NCBI GenBank assembly: GCA_037310415.1
Contig: CP147780.1
Location: forward strand, 1,440,001 to 1,504,000
From: Candidatus Atabeyarchaeum deiterrae
Lineage (GTDB): Archaea > Asgardarchaeota > Atabeyarchaeia > Atabeyarchaeales > Atabeyarchaeaceae
Length of the DNA: 64,000 nucleotides
Reading direction: 5' to 3'
Position numbers and translations under genes: made by a program. The number at the start of each line of letters is the position of its first letter. Position 1 is the first letter of the stretch. The notes beneath the pieces were generated by a model that worked only from the letters and a program-made list of their open reading frames with translations, searched no databases and was not told where the DNA came from. Positions 29,650-40,261 of the stretch are shown here, piece by piece.

Positions 29650-31206
29650 TTAATCTTGTTGTAAGTATACGATCTTCCCGTCGAATACTGTCAGCGAAAC
29701 TTGGATATCTTTTATTAGGTCAGGACTCCTATATGGATCCTTGGACAACGCCACCATATCAGCCAGTTTTCCAGGTTCGATTGATCCTTTCAAGTCTTCC
29801 TCGAATGAAGCGTATGCAGCATTCTTCGTGTAGCACTTGATCGCTTCATGAACCTTAATTCTCTGGGATTTCATGGGGGCATTCACGGCCCAGTGGATTC
29901 CGTAGAGCGGAGAGAAAGGCATGCAATCTGAACCGAATGCGATCATACCACCCTCGTCTATGATCTTTCTATAAGGGTTGTTCTGCTCAACCCAATACCT
30001 GCCAAGCCTCTTCTCATACATGCCGCCGGGCAGTCCCCATTCGCCTATGAAGTTTGGTTGCATGGACGCAACCACATCAAGTTTCACGGCTTTGGAGATC
30101 TGCTCATCTGTAACTAATTCCATATGCTCCAATCTGTGTCGGTGGTTCTCTCTCGGATTCCTCTTACTCGTGTTCTCGATTGCGCGCATAACCAATTCAA
30201 TGCCTCTGTCGCCGATCGCGTGAATCGCAACCTGAATCACTTTTTTGTGGGCTCTTACAACAATATCTTGAAGTCTGTCCTTTTCGAACATGAGGATTCC
30301 CTTGTTGCCAGGTTCATCCACAAACTCTCCGCTCAGCGCTGCGGTCCTTGACCCAATTGAGCCGTCAGCAAAAAGTTTTAGTGCACCAAGCTTGAGCTTA
30401 TCGTTTCCGAATCCAGTCGAAAGACCGAGCTTAAGAACGCTCTCAAGAAGTTCTTCCTTGAAATTGAGGTAGACTCTGACCTTCAACTTATTTGCTTTTA
30501 ACGCGGAAAGATACGTTGAGATTTCATTGGATGAGACGGTGTCATGCACTGAAGTCACACCAAGCATGTGAGCATGATCGGTAGCCTTCTGCAAGGCGTT
30601 CATCATAGTCTCCGGGTCAGCAGGCGAGAGAGATCTTACATAATCTGCTGCCTCTTCTTTCAGTACTCCCGTTGGCTCGCCACGTTTGTCAACTTCGACT
30701 CCTCGTTTGCCCCTAGGTATCTTAACAAGTTCGAGTAAAGTCGAGTTGACTGATATCATGTGCCCGTCCATTCTGACGAGAACAACTGGGTGGTTTGTTG
30801 TGACAGTATCCAAGTCACTTCTGGTAATATATCGCATCTCAGACCACTTGCTCTCATCCCAGTTAACTCCAACAACGAATTGGCCTTTGGGAGTTCTTGA
30901 TGCACGTTCCCTGACCGTTTCAAGTGCATCGGAGAGAGACTTAGCCTCTCTCAGGTCAATCATGTCGAATGTTAACCCCATCTGAATAAAATGTGTGTGA
31001 GCATCAATGAAACCAGGCAGAAGCACCTTGCCGTCTAAATCAACCACCTGCGTCGAGCCACCAACAAGCTTCCCAGCTTCCTCGCTCGTCCCAACGAACG
31101 CAATCCTATTCCCAGAGACAGCGACCGCTTCTGCGTGAGTATCTCCCTCATCAAACGTGATTACTTTGCCATTTAGGAGAACTAGGCTCAATTCCTGTGA
31201 CTTCAA
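29650..31206 (-). CDS. Amidohydrolase 3 family (YtcJ-like)
   Basis: PGFIDAHTH, KLFADGSIGSRTA, HAIGD, RLEH and GSD motifs. Confidence 0.93.
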   Translation of the reverse strand: MKSQELSLVLLNGKVITFDEGDTHAEAVAVSGNRIAFVGTSEEAGKLVGGSTQVVDLDGKVLLPGFIDAHTHFIQMGLTFDMIDLREAKSLSDALETVRERASRTPKGQFVVGVNWDESKWSEMRYITRSDLDTVTTNHPVVLVRMDGHMISVNSTLLELVKIPRGKRGVEVDKRGEPTGVLKEEAADYVRSLSPADPETMMNALQKATDHAHMLGVTSVHDTVSSNEISTYLSALKANKLKVRVYLNFKEELLESVLKLGLSTGFGNDKLKLGALKLFADGSIGSRTAALSGEFVDEPGNKGILMFEKDRLQDIVVRAHKKVIQVAIHAIGDRGIELVMRAIENTSKRNPRENHRHRLEHMELVTDEQISKAVKLDVVASMQPNFIGEWGLPGGMYEKRLGRYWVEQNNPYRKIIDEGGMIAFGSDCMPFSPLYGIHWAVNAPMKSQRIKVHEAIKCYTKNAAYASFEEDLKGSIEPGKLADMVALSKDPYRSPDLIKDIQVSLTVFDGKIVYLQQD

Positions 31207-31350
31207 TTTGCCAACCGTCTCCCAAACCTTCGATTCCTTCCAAAGGCGAATCGTTAACCAAATGTTTCATTACAATTCCGAGTCAAGGGAGCGATAATCG
31301 CATCAGAGTCAAGGAAGTTATTTATAAGACTCCTTATTACACTTGCTTTT

Positions 31351-31875
31351 ATGACCCAAAGACCAGAAAAGGAACACGTAATCTCAGCGGCACTGATATT
31401 GGGTATTCTCTATTTTTCATTTATGATACTGGACAGGGTCCTATCCGTAATCTATGGGTTCAATTTTCAACCCTTCGGGTCTTACATGCCTACCGGATTC
31501 ACGATCTGGGGACACCTTTTCGACGCCTCACTGCAAGCGGTCGGTCTGTACCTAGTATTCAGACTATATGACTTCGGAGAAGTGAGAAACAGAAAGTCTC
31601 TGCAAGTCCTAGCTCTGGTCATCTACTTAGCGATCGGTGCGGTAATTCCGTATCTGAATGATTCAGCGTACATAGTTAGCAGAGGAATGGGAAGCACAGT
31701 TCCAGTATACATTGTTCTTGTTGACTTGTACTTCTTCTCATGGGGTCTATTGACGTTCAGATTGGCTAGACCTATCAAGAACAGAGCGGTAATATTAGGA
31801 GCAGCATTCACCATATTCCTCGTAATACATTTTGTCATATATGCTCCGATGTTTCCAGAGTTTTACTGGAGCTGA
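31351..31875 (+). CDS. Hypothetical integral membrane protein
   Basis: About five hydrophobic segments. Confidence 0.75.
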   Translation: MTQRPEKEHVISAALILGILYFSFMILDRVLSVIYGFNFQPFGSYMPTGFTIWGHLFDASLQAVGLYLVFRLYDFGEVRNRKSLQVLALVIYLAIGAVIPYLNDSAYIVSRGMGSTVPVYIVLVDLYFFSWGLLTFRLARPIKNRAVILGAAFTIFLVIHFVIYAPMFPEFYWS

Positions 31876-32297
31876 ACCCGATCGATGAATCAATCATCGA
31901 GAGCATTAGACACCTTCAGTCCCATTCTTTCGGCAGAGTGGAGAAATTCTCTGATTTTGGCTAACGTGAAGCCTTCTGCTCCCCACTCCAACTGGGGCAA
32001 TCCCTCCCTGCCACCGGCGACAACCATGGTTACAAAGCAGACTATCTCTCTGGAAATCAAACACAACGACTGCTGCTTGGTTCGAATTGGCCCTAAAGTA
32101 GTATTCTTCTAAGAGAAAGAACTCGACTCTCCCATATCATGAGGCATATTTGAATGCCGGGGAAAACGCATTCTCAAATGAATCAACCAAAGGATAAGTA
32201 TCCGTCCCCTAAACGAAGAAAGAATCTTGCTTCAAGACACCAATCGACGTCAATCAACCATGGAAGCTCATATGATTTGATCAAAACAACCCTTACT

Positions 32298-33458
32298 CTA
32301 TCTGCTCAGCAGTGCTAGCGGCGTCACGAATCTTCCTAGCCTCTTGATCGCCTCTAGTTGTTCTTTCTGCCCGAGCTTAGCCTTGTTGACGGTGTGTTCG
32401 AGGATCTTTGTGGCTTCGTCCATAGCCTTCCTTTCAACTGGGAACGGAACACCATCTTTCCCTCCGAAAGCGAAGCTGAACCTCACCGGATCTCTCCAGC
32501 TTGGCTTACTCCCGAAAAGTAGTTCTGAAACCAAAGCTAATCCTCGAACCGTTGCGGCTCCAACCCCTTTTACAGCTATGAGTTCCTCATAGTTCTCAGG
32601 ACGAATATCGTAAACCTGCTTCAGGATATCCCAATTCATCCTCGTGGGAAGAAGCCTATAGTGAGTTGCATTCTCCGCGTTCACTTGGATTCCTCCAGTG
32701 ATCCAATGCTCCAAAGTCGACCCATTGTCATTATAGGATTTAATTTCAGAGTATGCTCTCCTGATCCTATCGGCTCCGTCATTCACCAAGTCTGTGCAGG
32801 TATCTCTGCAGGGTTCGCTCAGTCTTGAAGTCATGTCTAGAACAGTGTTTCCATGATCCTTTGCGCATGCTATCCCCGTATGTGGCTCCTCCACGAAACT
32901 CTTCACTTGAGTTGAAAGCCAATGGTACCTTCTCGTCATTTTGATGTCAGGATTCATTCCTTGCTGTATGACTCCCCACTTCCCGTCCTCTGCGACTATG
33001 AGCGAGTGGTGGTACAGGTGATAACCATCTTGAACCGCCGCGTTATCAACTTTTGCAGTCATTCTACTAGCATACTTCAGTCGCGAAATCTCTTCTTGTG
33101 GAAAGTCGAAGATCCTAGCTGTTGCATTGTTCAGCTCGCGCTGAGTCTCAGTGGATTTCCTACCTTTTCCTCCAAAGACGGCTAATCCATGTTTCTTTGG
33201 GTTTAGGATCGTCTTGAGAACTCCACATGTTACGGTAGTTGTTCCGCTTGAGTCCCAATCATAGCCGAGGACACATGAGAGAGCTTGAAACCAGAGTGGA
33301 TCAGAGAGTCTTACGAGTAGCTTCTCCGACCCGAATTCGTCCACAAAAGCATCTACGATGACATCAGCTAACCTAATCATTCGTTTTACTAACCAGCTAG
33401 GAGCAGTTCCAGGATGGAGCCTTAGATCCGCTACTCCTGTCCTCATGAGTCCTTCCAT
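32298..33458 (-). CDS. DUF763 family protein
   Basis: LSDPLWFQAL...DWDSSGTTT, AKVDNAAVQDGY and FAFGGKDGVPFPV. Confidence 0.9.
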   Translation of the reverse strand: MEGLMRTGVADLRLHPGTAPSWLVKRMIRLADVIVDAFVDEFGSEKLLVRLSDPLWFQALSCVLGYDWDSSGTTTVTCGVLKTILNPKKHGLAVFGGKGRKSTETQRELNNATARIFDFPQEEISRLKYASRMTAKVDNAAVQDGYHLYHHSLIVAEDGKWGVIQQGMNPDIKMTRRYHWLSTQVKSFVEEPHTGIACAKDHGNTVLDMTSRLSEPCRDTCTDLVNDGADRIRRAYSEIKSYNDNGSTLEHWITGGIQVNAENATHYRLLPTRMNWDILKQVYDIRPENYEELIAVKGVGAATVRGLALVSELLFGSKPSWRDPVRFSFAFGGKDGVPFPVERKAMDEATKILEHTVNKAKLGQKEQLEAIKRLGRFVTPLALLSR

Positions 33459-33543
33459 AGGAAAAACAACCTTCCGAACAGAAAATATAACCCCGAATGA
33501 CTTTAAAAACAGTCCATCTGGGGGAACCTATGAATCTGCTTCG

Positions 33544-33861
33544 TTATGCGGTCCCGACCTTTCTTGACTTGTTCTTTGCCACATAGGCGATCAGGATAAG
33601 CTCAACAATGATGTTTCCTAGTGCGAAGAGCATGTACGAACTCATGTTGACCGACACGACGTAAAGAACCAGAAGGCTTAGCAAGATCCAGACAAATATG
33701 AAGTTGCTTCTCAGCCTACTTTTCTCACCTGCTGCTCTGTTAATCTCCCTGCGTCTGGTCTTGCTGTTGACATATAGATAAATAGAAACTATCGTCAGGA
33801 ATACGATGCTGAAGCTGATGCTAGTGACCCACCACTCGAACAGGTCGGGATAATATTGCAT
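33544..33861 (-). CDS. Small 3-TM membrane protein downstream of mgtA
   Basis: SD AAGGAG then ATG at 33861 (MQYYPDLFEWW...), 105 aa, three hydrophobic segments. Confidence 0.75.
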   Translation of the reverse strand: MQYYPDLFEWWVTSISFSIVFLTIVSIYLYVNSKTRRREINRAAGEKSRLRSNFIFVWILLSLLVLYVVSVNMSSYMLFALGNIIVELILIAYVAKNKSRKVGTA

Positions 33862-33875
33862 TGTCGATTTCTCCT

Positions 33876-36447
33876 TCAGAACTTGCAGACCTTGTAGAAG
33901 AACACCTTGCCGGCATCTACAAGCAATAGGTATGTAGCAACCATGAGCACCAATAGCACCCAGTACTGCAATGGGAGCTGTGTGAATCCGAGAAAGTCGC
34001 CGAGGATGGTGAATGGCAGTATTGTTCCAAACGCGACACAGGAGAGCGTAAGCAACGTTACCCATTTTCCGGGACGACTCGTGACAAACGGTACCCGTCT
34101 AGTTCTGATCACAAACATTACTAGAACCTCAGTCCAGAATGACTCTACGAACCACCCGCTCTGGAAAAGCGCAGGAGAGGCACCGAATATGAAGAGCATG
34201 ATTCCATACGTAAGGAAATCATACAGAGAGCTAAACGGTCCAAAGAAGAGCGTGAATTTTCTTATGAAACTAATGTCCCACTGCTTTGGTCGTTTCGTCT
34301 CCTCAGGGTCGACATGGTCAGTGGGCAACGTCATGTTGGCTACATCGTACAGTAAGTTCATGAAAAGTATCTGCATAGGTAACATAGGAAGGAATGGCAG
34401 GAATACCGCAGCGACCGCAGCGCTAAGCATATTTCCGAAGTTCGAACTCGTTCCCATCATAATATACTTATTTGTGTTCCAATAGATTTTGCGGCCTTCT
34501 TGTATTCCATTCGCGAGGACAAGTAAATCCTTTTCCAGAAGCACTACGTCTGCTGCATCTTTTGAAACATCAGCTGCGGTGTCAACTGATATGCCCACAT
34601 CCGCCTCGTAGAGGGCGGGTGCGTCGTTTACTCCGTCCCCCATGAAACCAACTACGTGCCCATTTGCTTTCAAAGCTTTGATAATATCCAGCTTCTGTTC
34701 AGGGGTGATCCTTGCAAATATCGTAGCCTCTTCCACCGCTTTTTTGATTTGAGTTGAGCTCAACTCAATTAGATCGGTTCCGAGTATTATTCTTCTGACG
34801 GGTACTTGGAGCTCCTCACAGATCTTTTTCGCAACTAGTTCGTTGTCCCCAGTCAGTATTTTAACGTCCACTCCCATGTCCTTCAACCTGGCTATCGCTT
34901 CACGGGCATCTCTCTTGGGAGGATCAATGAATACTGCGAATCCAAGAAAGGTTAGATTCGCCTCGTCCTCAACCGAGTAGGAAGCCTTGTTCTCCACATC
35001 TCGGTATGCAACGGCGATAACGCGATACCCAACCCCGGAAAGTTCAGATAGCTTGTCTTTGATCCCCTTTAGGACGGAATCGATCGGCTCCTTCTCTCCA
35101 TTCATTTCTGCGTCTCTGCATCTGGGAAAGATTGATTCTGGGGCCCCTTTAGTGATGAGAAGTGACGCGCCGTCTTTTCTCACTACCGTGGACATCATTC
35201 GTCGCTGATAGTCAAATGGGATCTCATCCACGCTCTTGAAGACCTTGAGACCCTTTTGCTTTCTGTTCTTAATGGCGTACTCCCAAATTGCCACGTCCAT
35301 CGCGTTGCCTGTGACTTTCTCGCCTACAACTGCGCTATTGCAGAGAAGTGCATAGGTTAGAATTCTCGGATCTTCCGCCTCGCTGAGTGACCAGTAGTCC
35401 CTGAGAGTGATCTTGCCTTCCGTAAGTGTCCCCGTCTTATCAGAGCATAGGACATCCATGTTGCCGAAATCCTCAATCGAGAGCAAACGTTTCGCGATGA
35501 CACGAACCATAGACATTCTTCTCGCCCCTTGGGAGAGGCCAATGGTGACTATAGCAGGCATAAGTTCGGGAACGAGTCCAATGGCTATTGCGAGAGAAAA
35601 AAGCAATGACTCGATGATCGGGCGCCCAAGGAGATAGCGAAACCCGAAAATTCCGATCGCGAGTGCCAAGGTCAGGATGATAAGCATCCTTCCATAACTT
35701 CTAATTGCTCTTTGAAATTCAGTTTCAGGGTGGGGTCGAACAAGACTCCGAGATATGGCTCCAAACTCAGTATTCTTCCCAGTCGCGACTGCGACGCCGC
35801 GACCACCTCCATTTGTTATCACTGTCCCCATAAACACGTAGTTGACTAGTTGCTGGGGGGTTGGACGCTGAAGGCTGAGACCGTCACAGGACTTCTCAAC
35901 TGTGAAAGATTCCCCAGTAAGAGTTGATTCATCAACTTGGAGGTTCTTGGATTCAATTAGCCTCATGTCAGCTGGAACAATGTCTCCAATATAGACTGAG
36001 ATCAAGTCTCCGGGAACGATCAATCTAGAACTAATCTCTCGTGGCTTGTTGTCTCTGGTTACAACAGCCCTGAGCGCTCCCCTATGTCGAAGGTCTTCGA
36101 CAATCTTCTCAGCCCTATACTCGTTATAGAATCCAAGGACGACGCTGAGAGCAATCATCAAGAGTATTACAATCGCCTGCTCGGGTTCAGCGAAAAAAAC
36201 GGCTACAATTGCGCACGCGATTAGGATAATGAATATCGGATTCTTGAACTGCCTGCCAAGCAGCTTAGCTAGGCTAAAGGATTGTGTTGGCAACTCATTG
36301 TATCCGTGAATTTTGAGGCGTTCGCCCGCTTCCCGCTCAGATAAACCGTGTTCTCTCGTATGGAGAGCACGAAAAACGCCGTCAGGGCCAGTCGACCAGT
36401 AGTCGTCGCGTGTGATTGCCGCCTTCTGTTTTGCCGTATTGTTCCAT
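33876..36447 (-). CDS. mgtA: Magnesium-translocating P-type ATPase (P3B); N-terminal start out of frame
   Basis: TGES, VPELMP, DKTGT, GDGVND, SSNFGN, NLLYD and FQSGWFVES. The conserved N-terminal YWS...GLSEREAGERL...GYNEL lies upstream of the ORF-track start 36293. Confidence 0.88.
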
Positions 36448-36536
36448 CCGCCTCACGGAATCAGATCGAAGTGTCAAGATGGTGAGATATAAGGGTTACG
36501 TCGCAATCGATCAATAATGGCATCAGGCGTAATACC

Positions 36537-37367
36537 TCAGGCAGGTTCTTCATGGATGTCTATTCTCTCAACCTGAGGATATTCCCTCTTGATTGCAATC
36601 TCGAGTTTGCTTGAGATCTCGTCAGCTCTTTCTATTCTGATGTCTGGGTCGAAATGGCATCGCAGATCTACGCGGAGACTCTCGCCGATCCTGCGAATCT
36701 TGATCGCATGAACACGTTTGATCTCAGCGAACGACCTTGCAGCGTGCTCAATGTACGCATGTAACCCGGCGTCAACTCCTGTCAGCTCCCTAGACAAGCG
36801 GTCTGTGGCTGATTCAATGTGAATGTCGATCTCGGAGAAACTCGGGTTAGTCATTCTCAGTTTGTTCTCAACTTGGCTAGCTACTTTATGTGCCTGCTTG
36901 ACAGTCATGCCTTCACTTACTTGCAGGTGAAAATCGATACACAGCTTTCTATTAATGTACTGGACATGTATGTTGTGAGCATCCCTTGAGCCGGGAACCT
37001 CCTCAGCTATGTCCTTCACAATCTTCCAAATGCTTTTTCGACCACTCAGTGGCTCAGTGTTGATAGTGACCCTCGCGTTGGGAACGATCTCCTTGACTGC
37101 GCTCTCGATGTTGGAGGCGATCTTGTGCACATCCTCGAATTTCAGGTTGTCATCAAGGGAGACAAGCATATCAACCTCAAACCTCTTCCCAGTCATACGT
37201 GCGCTCAATTGGTCGTAATTCTTGACGCCCTTTATGGCTTCAACTCGATTTCTTATCATCCTCGTAATCTCTTCTTCTGAGCGCCCTACCATGGGAATTG
37301 GCAAATTCAACACCTCGGTTGCCTTGAAGGTATCAGATAAACGCGAAGCATGTTCTGCGTGACTCAA
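36537..37367 (-). CDS. Soluble protein of three tandem cation-efflux (CDF) dimerisation domains
   Basis: Three repeats ending VTINTEP, IDIHIES and IDIHEEP with H-x-I/V-A-S motifs; no TM segment. Confidence 0.8.
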   Translation of the reverse strand: MSHAEHASRLSDTFKATEVLNLPIPMVGRSEEEITRMIRNRVEAIKGVKNYDQLSARMTGKRFEVDMLVSLDDNLKFEDVHKIASNIESAVKEIVPNARVTINTEPLSGRKSIWKIVKDIAEEVPGSRDAHNIHVQYINRKLCIDFHLQVSEGMTVKQAHKVASQVENKLRMTNPSFSEIDIHIESATDRLSRELTGVDAGLHAYIEHAARSFAEIKRVHAIKIRRIGESLRVDLRCHFDPDIRIERADEISSKLEIAIKREYPQVERIDIHEEPA

Positions 37368-37596
37368 TCTACGACTCTGGTATTAAACTTGACTTGACAT
37401 CTATTATGACTTGTATATACATTATTCTCTGAATCTGCTTGGTTTAACCCATTTCCAAGCAGAAGCGATATAGTCGCATCTCCATAAAGAACTCCGCAGA
37501 ATTCTTAAGCTTCAGTCCACATTACGAAGTTGAGACAGTTGTGAATGAACTTCGAGCGTCAATTCTAGCCACATTCAGATAGAGAGGTACTCCTTA

Positions 37597-39456
37597 ATGG
37601 ACGTCGAGAAGACTATCGAAGGCATCCCTGAGTCTCCAGGAGTGTATCTAATGAAGGATGCTCAGGAACATATCGCCTACATTGGCAAAGCGAACAATAT
37701 TCGGAAGAGAGTTCTATCTCATTTTCGAAACACTGACAACGAGAAGGATTCGTTGCTCTCATCAATCACCACCAATGTTGAATTCATCGTGGCTCCATCA
37801 GAAGTTGAAGCACTTCTTCTTGAGAACAACCTGATCAAAAAACACAAGCCTCGCTACAACATTAGGCTCAGAGATGACAAGAGCTACCCCTTCATCAAGC
37901 TCTCCATTTCAGAGGAGTTTCCACAGATTACATTAACCAGACGAATCGTCGACGATGGCTCATTGTACTTCGGGCCCATGGGCGATGTTAGCGGTGCCAG
38001 AACGACCATGAAAATAGTAAGAAGGATCTTCCCCATCAGAAACTGCGCTCGAGAGATACACGATGGCAGAAAGAAGGAGCGACCATGCCTAGAATATCAG
38101 CTCAGACAGTGCTCTGCGCCTTGTGCAAATCTGATCACCAAACAGGAATACAAAACCCTAGTTGACGGAATTCGGAAGCTCTTGACCGGGGAATTGGATG
38201 AGCTGATCGAAGACTTCAAGACAAGGATGGCTCAAGCATCAGAGAAACTTGATTTTGAAAGAGCAGCTTTCTACAGAGACCGAATCAAAGATCTCGAAAG
38301 AACAACACTGAAACAAGTCATCGTACTTTCAGCTAGAATCTCCAAAGACATAATGGCCGTAGCAAAGAAAGGCGACGATGCTTGCATTCAACTTCTAATG
38401 ATTCGATCAGGGAAGCTAATTGACCAGGCACACTATTTTCTAGAAGGTGCTGGAGGTAGCTCGGACGAAGAAATATTGTCGGCGTTTATGACCCAGCACT
38501 ATCAGTATGGCGCATCTTCATCAATCCCGCAGGAGATCATGGTCTCTCGCAATCTCGAAGACAAGGAGCTCCTGCAGAGATCTCTGAGCGAAAGGAGGAA
38601 AGGTCTCTCTGAGAGCATGGCTGCCAACCTAGTTCACATAGCCACCCCCGTGAATGATGAAGATCTGAAATTAATCGAAATGGCTGAGCAAAACGCCGAT
38701 GCTTACTTGGAGCAGAACCTTGCTCAGGAGGATAGGCGTAAACTCAGAGCTGAGCAAGCTCTAGTTGAGCTTAAGACTATGCTGAGACTACCTAACCTTC
38801 CCATCAGAATAGAAGCGTTTGATGTTTCAACTGCAGGCGGAGATGCTGCTGTAGGCTCGATGGTCGTGATGCTCAACGGCGAACCCGCTAAGTCGATGTA
38901 CCGAAGATTCAAGATCAAGGGTGTTCAAGGGCAGGACGATTTTGCTATGATTAGAGAGATCGTCAAGAGACGATACAAGCGGCTGACTGAAAAGAAAGAA
39001 AAGAACGTCACTACACTGCCTGAACTAGTGCTGGTTGATGGCGGAAAGGGTCAACTTAATGCTGCATTAGAAGCCGAGAGGGAATTAGACATCTCGATGC
39101 CAACGATAGGTTTGGCGAAAGAGTTCGAAGATGTATATGTCCAGCACCAGCCGAATCCCGTCGACATGCCAAAGGATTCGAAGGCGATGCTCCTGCTGAA
39201 GAGAGCGAGAGACGAGGCTCACAGGTTCGCAGTAGCCTATCACAGAAAGAGAATGGCAAGAAAAACTCTGGAGTCGATACTTGACACCGTGCCAGGAATC
39301 GGTTCCAAGCGAAAAGCGGCGCTATTTCGATACTTCAAGTCACTTGAAGACATCAGTACAGCGGATGAAGCGAGAATTTCGAAGGCTCTAAGGATAAGCA
39401 AGGTAGCCGCGCGAAAACTCATAGAACAGGTGTCGGACATGAGAAGAGGACAATAG
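37597..39456 (+). CDS. uvrC: Excinuclease ABC subunit C
   Basis: GIY-YIG domain (PGVYLM...YIGKA), RIEAFDVS, DDFAM, VDGGKGQ and C-terminal HhH. Confidence 0.97.
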   Translation: MDVEKTIEGIPESPGVYLMKDAQEHIAYIGKANNIRKRVLSHFRNTDNEKDSLLSSITTNVEFIVAPSEVEALLLENNLIKKHKPRYNIRLRDDKSYPFIKLSISEEFPQITLTRRIVDDGSLYFGPMGDVSGARTTMKIVRRIFPIRNCAREIHDGRKKERPCLEYQLRQCSAPCANLITKQEYKTLVDGIRKLLTGELDELIEDFKTRMAQASEKLDFERAAFYRDRIKDLERTTLKQVIVLSARISKDIMAVAKKGDDACIQLLMIRSGKLIDQAHYFLEGAGGSSDEEILSAFMTQHYQYGASSSIPQEIMVSRNLEDKELLQRSLSERRKGLSESMAANLVHIATPVNDEDLKLIEMAEQNADAYLEQNLAQEDRRKLRAEQALVELKTMLRLPNLPIRIEAFDVSTAGGDAAVGSMVVMLNGEPAKSMYRRFKIKGVQGQDDFAMIREIVKRRYKRLTEKKEKNVTTLPELVLVDGGKGQLNAALEAERELDISMPTIGLAKEFEDVYVQHQPNPVDMPKDSKAMLLLKRARDEAHRFAVAYHRKRMARKTLESILDTVPGIGSKRKAALFRYFKSLEDISTADEARISKALRISKVAARKLIEQVSDMRRGQ

Positions 39457-39504
39457 ACATCATGGAACCGCAATACTTGAATGAGATCTCGAGAGACGAT
39501 GCTC

Positions 39505-39969
39505 TCATACTACCTTGTAGATCTCAGGGAACAGCTTGTTAAACTCTGGAATACTGTCGCTATTGATTATCACTATGTTCCTTTTGCAGTTCAGACAGAC
39601 TGTTGTTTTCTCATTCTCGAATGACAAGAAAGTCAGCTTGTTCTGTCCACAGAACGGGCACTCCCCTCCAGACATGAGCAATTTGCCGACGAGTTCACTG
39701 TGGTTGAATTTCACTTTCACTTTGTCCTGATCCATTATCTTTGCATCTTTGACAGTCTCTTTCACAAGTATCATACTTCTCTCCTGCAAATGATACTCCT
39801 TCTGCATTGTCACATCCGTCACCAGTTGCTTGGCCATATCCTTCATCCTGTCCCATGTTGAATTCGGGCAAACAAGCAAGCACTTGTCGACAGGAACAAG
39901 ATGATATGCTTTCTTCAATAGATCAACTACTCTGGCAGGAAGCTGAGAAGAGACCTCAACGATCCTCAT
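39505..39969 (-). CDS. Hypothetical protein with C-terminal zinc ribbon
   Basis: CPFC...CLNC. Confidence 0.7.
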   Translation of the reverse strand: MRIVEVSSQLPARVVDLLKKAYHLVPVDKCLLVCPNSTWDRMKDMAKQLVTDVTMQKEYHLQERSMILVKETVKDAKIMDQDKVKVKFNHSELVGKLLMSGGECPFCGQNKLTFLSFENEKTTVCLNCKRNIVIINSDSIPEFNKLFPEIYKVV

Positions 39970-40261
39970 ACAATTCTCCCCTTAGGCACTCGTTCCGTTA
40001 CACTCCAAATCATCCAGTAGGATTACTAGCAACGGAGCTGCAAATTGAATGATTGAAATCGCACAATACCAAGTAGATTTAGATAATAATAAACTAAAAG
40101 CAATTAAAGTATTTCTGTTCCCGTTATGAAGCTCTCAATTACTCAAAGAGTTCGCATTCGGAAAAAAGGATATGTAACGGGTTGCCGTGAACCCGCTAGC
40201 TTCAACCGGACTATGCTGAGGAACAAACGTCCCACCCTATGGCACCATTCAGTTGCCTCAG

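Noticed and set aside
31885-32112. Short ORFs on both strands between the membrane protein and DUF763
   Set aside because: No motif or SD; cannot be distinguished from chance or a decayed fragment.
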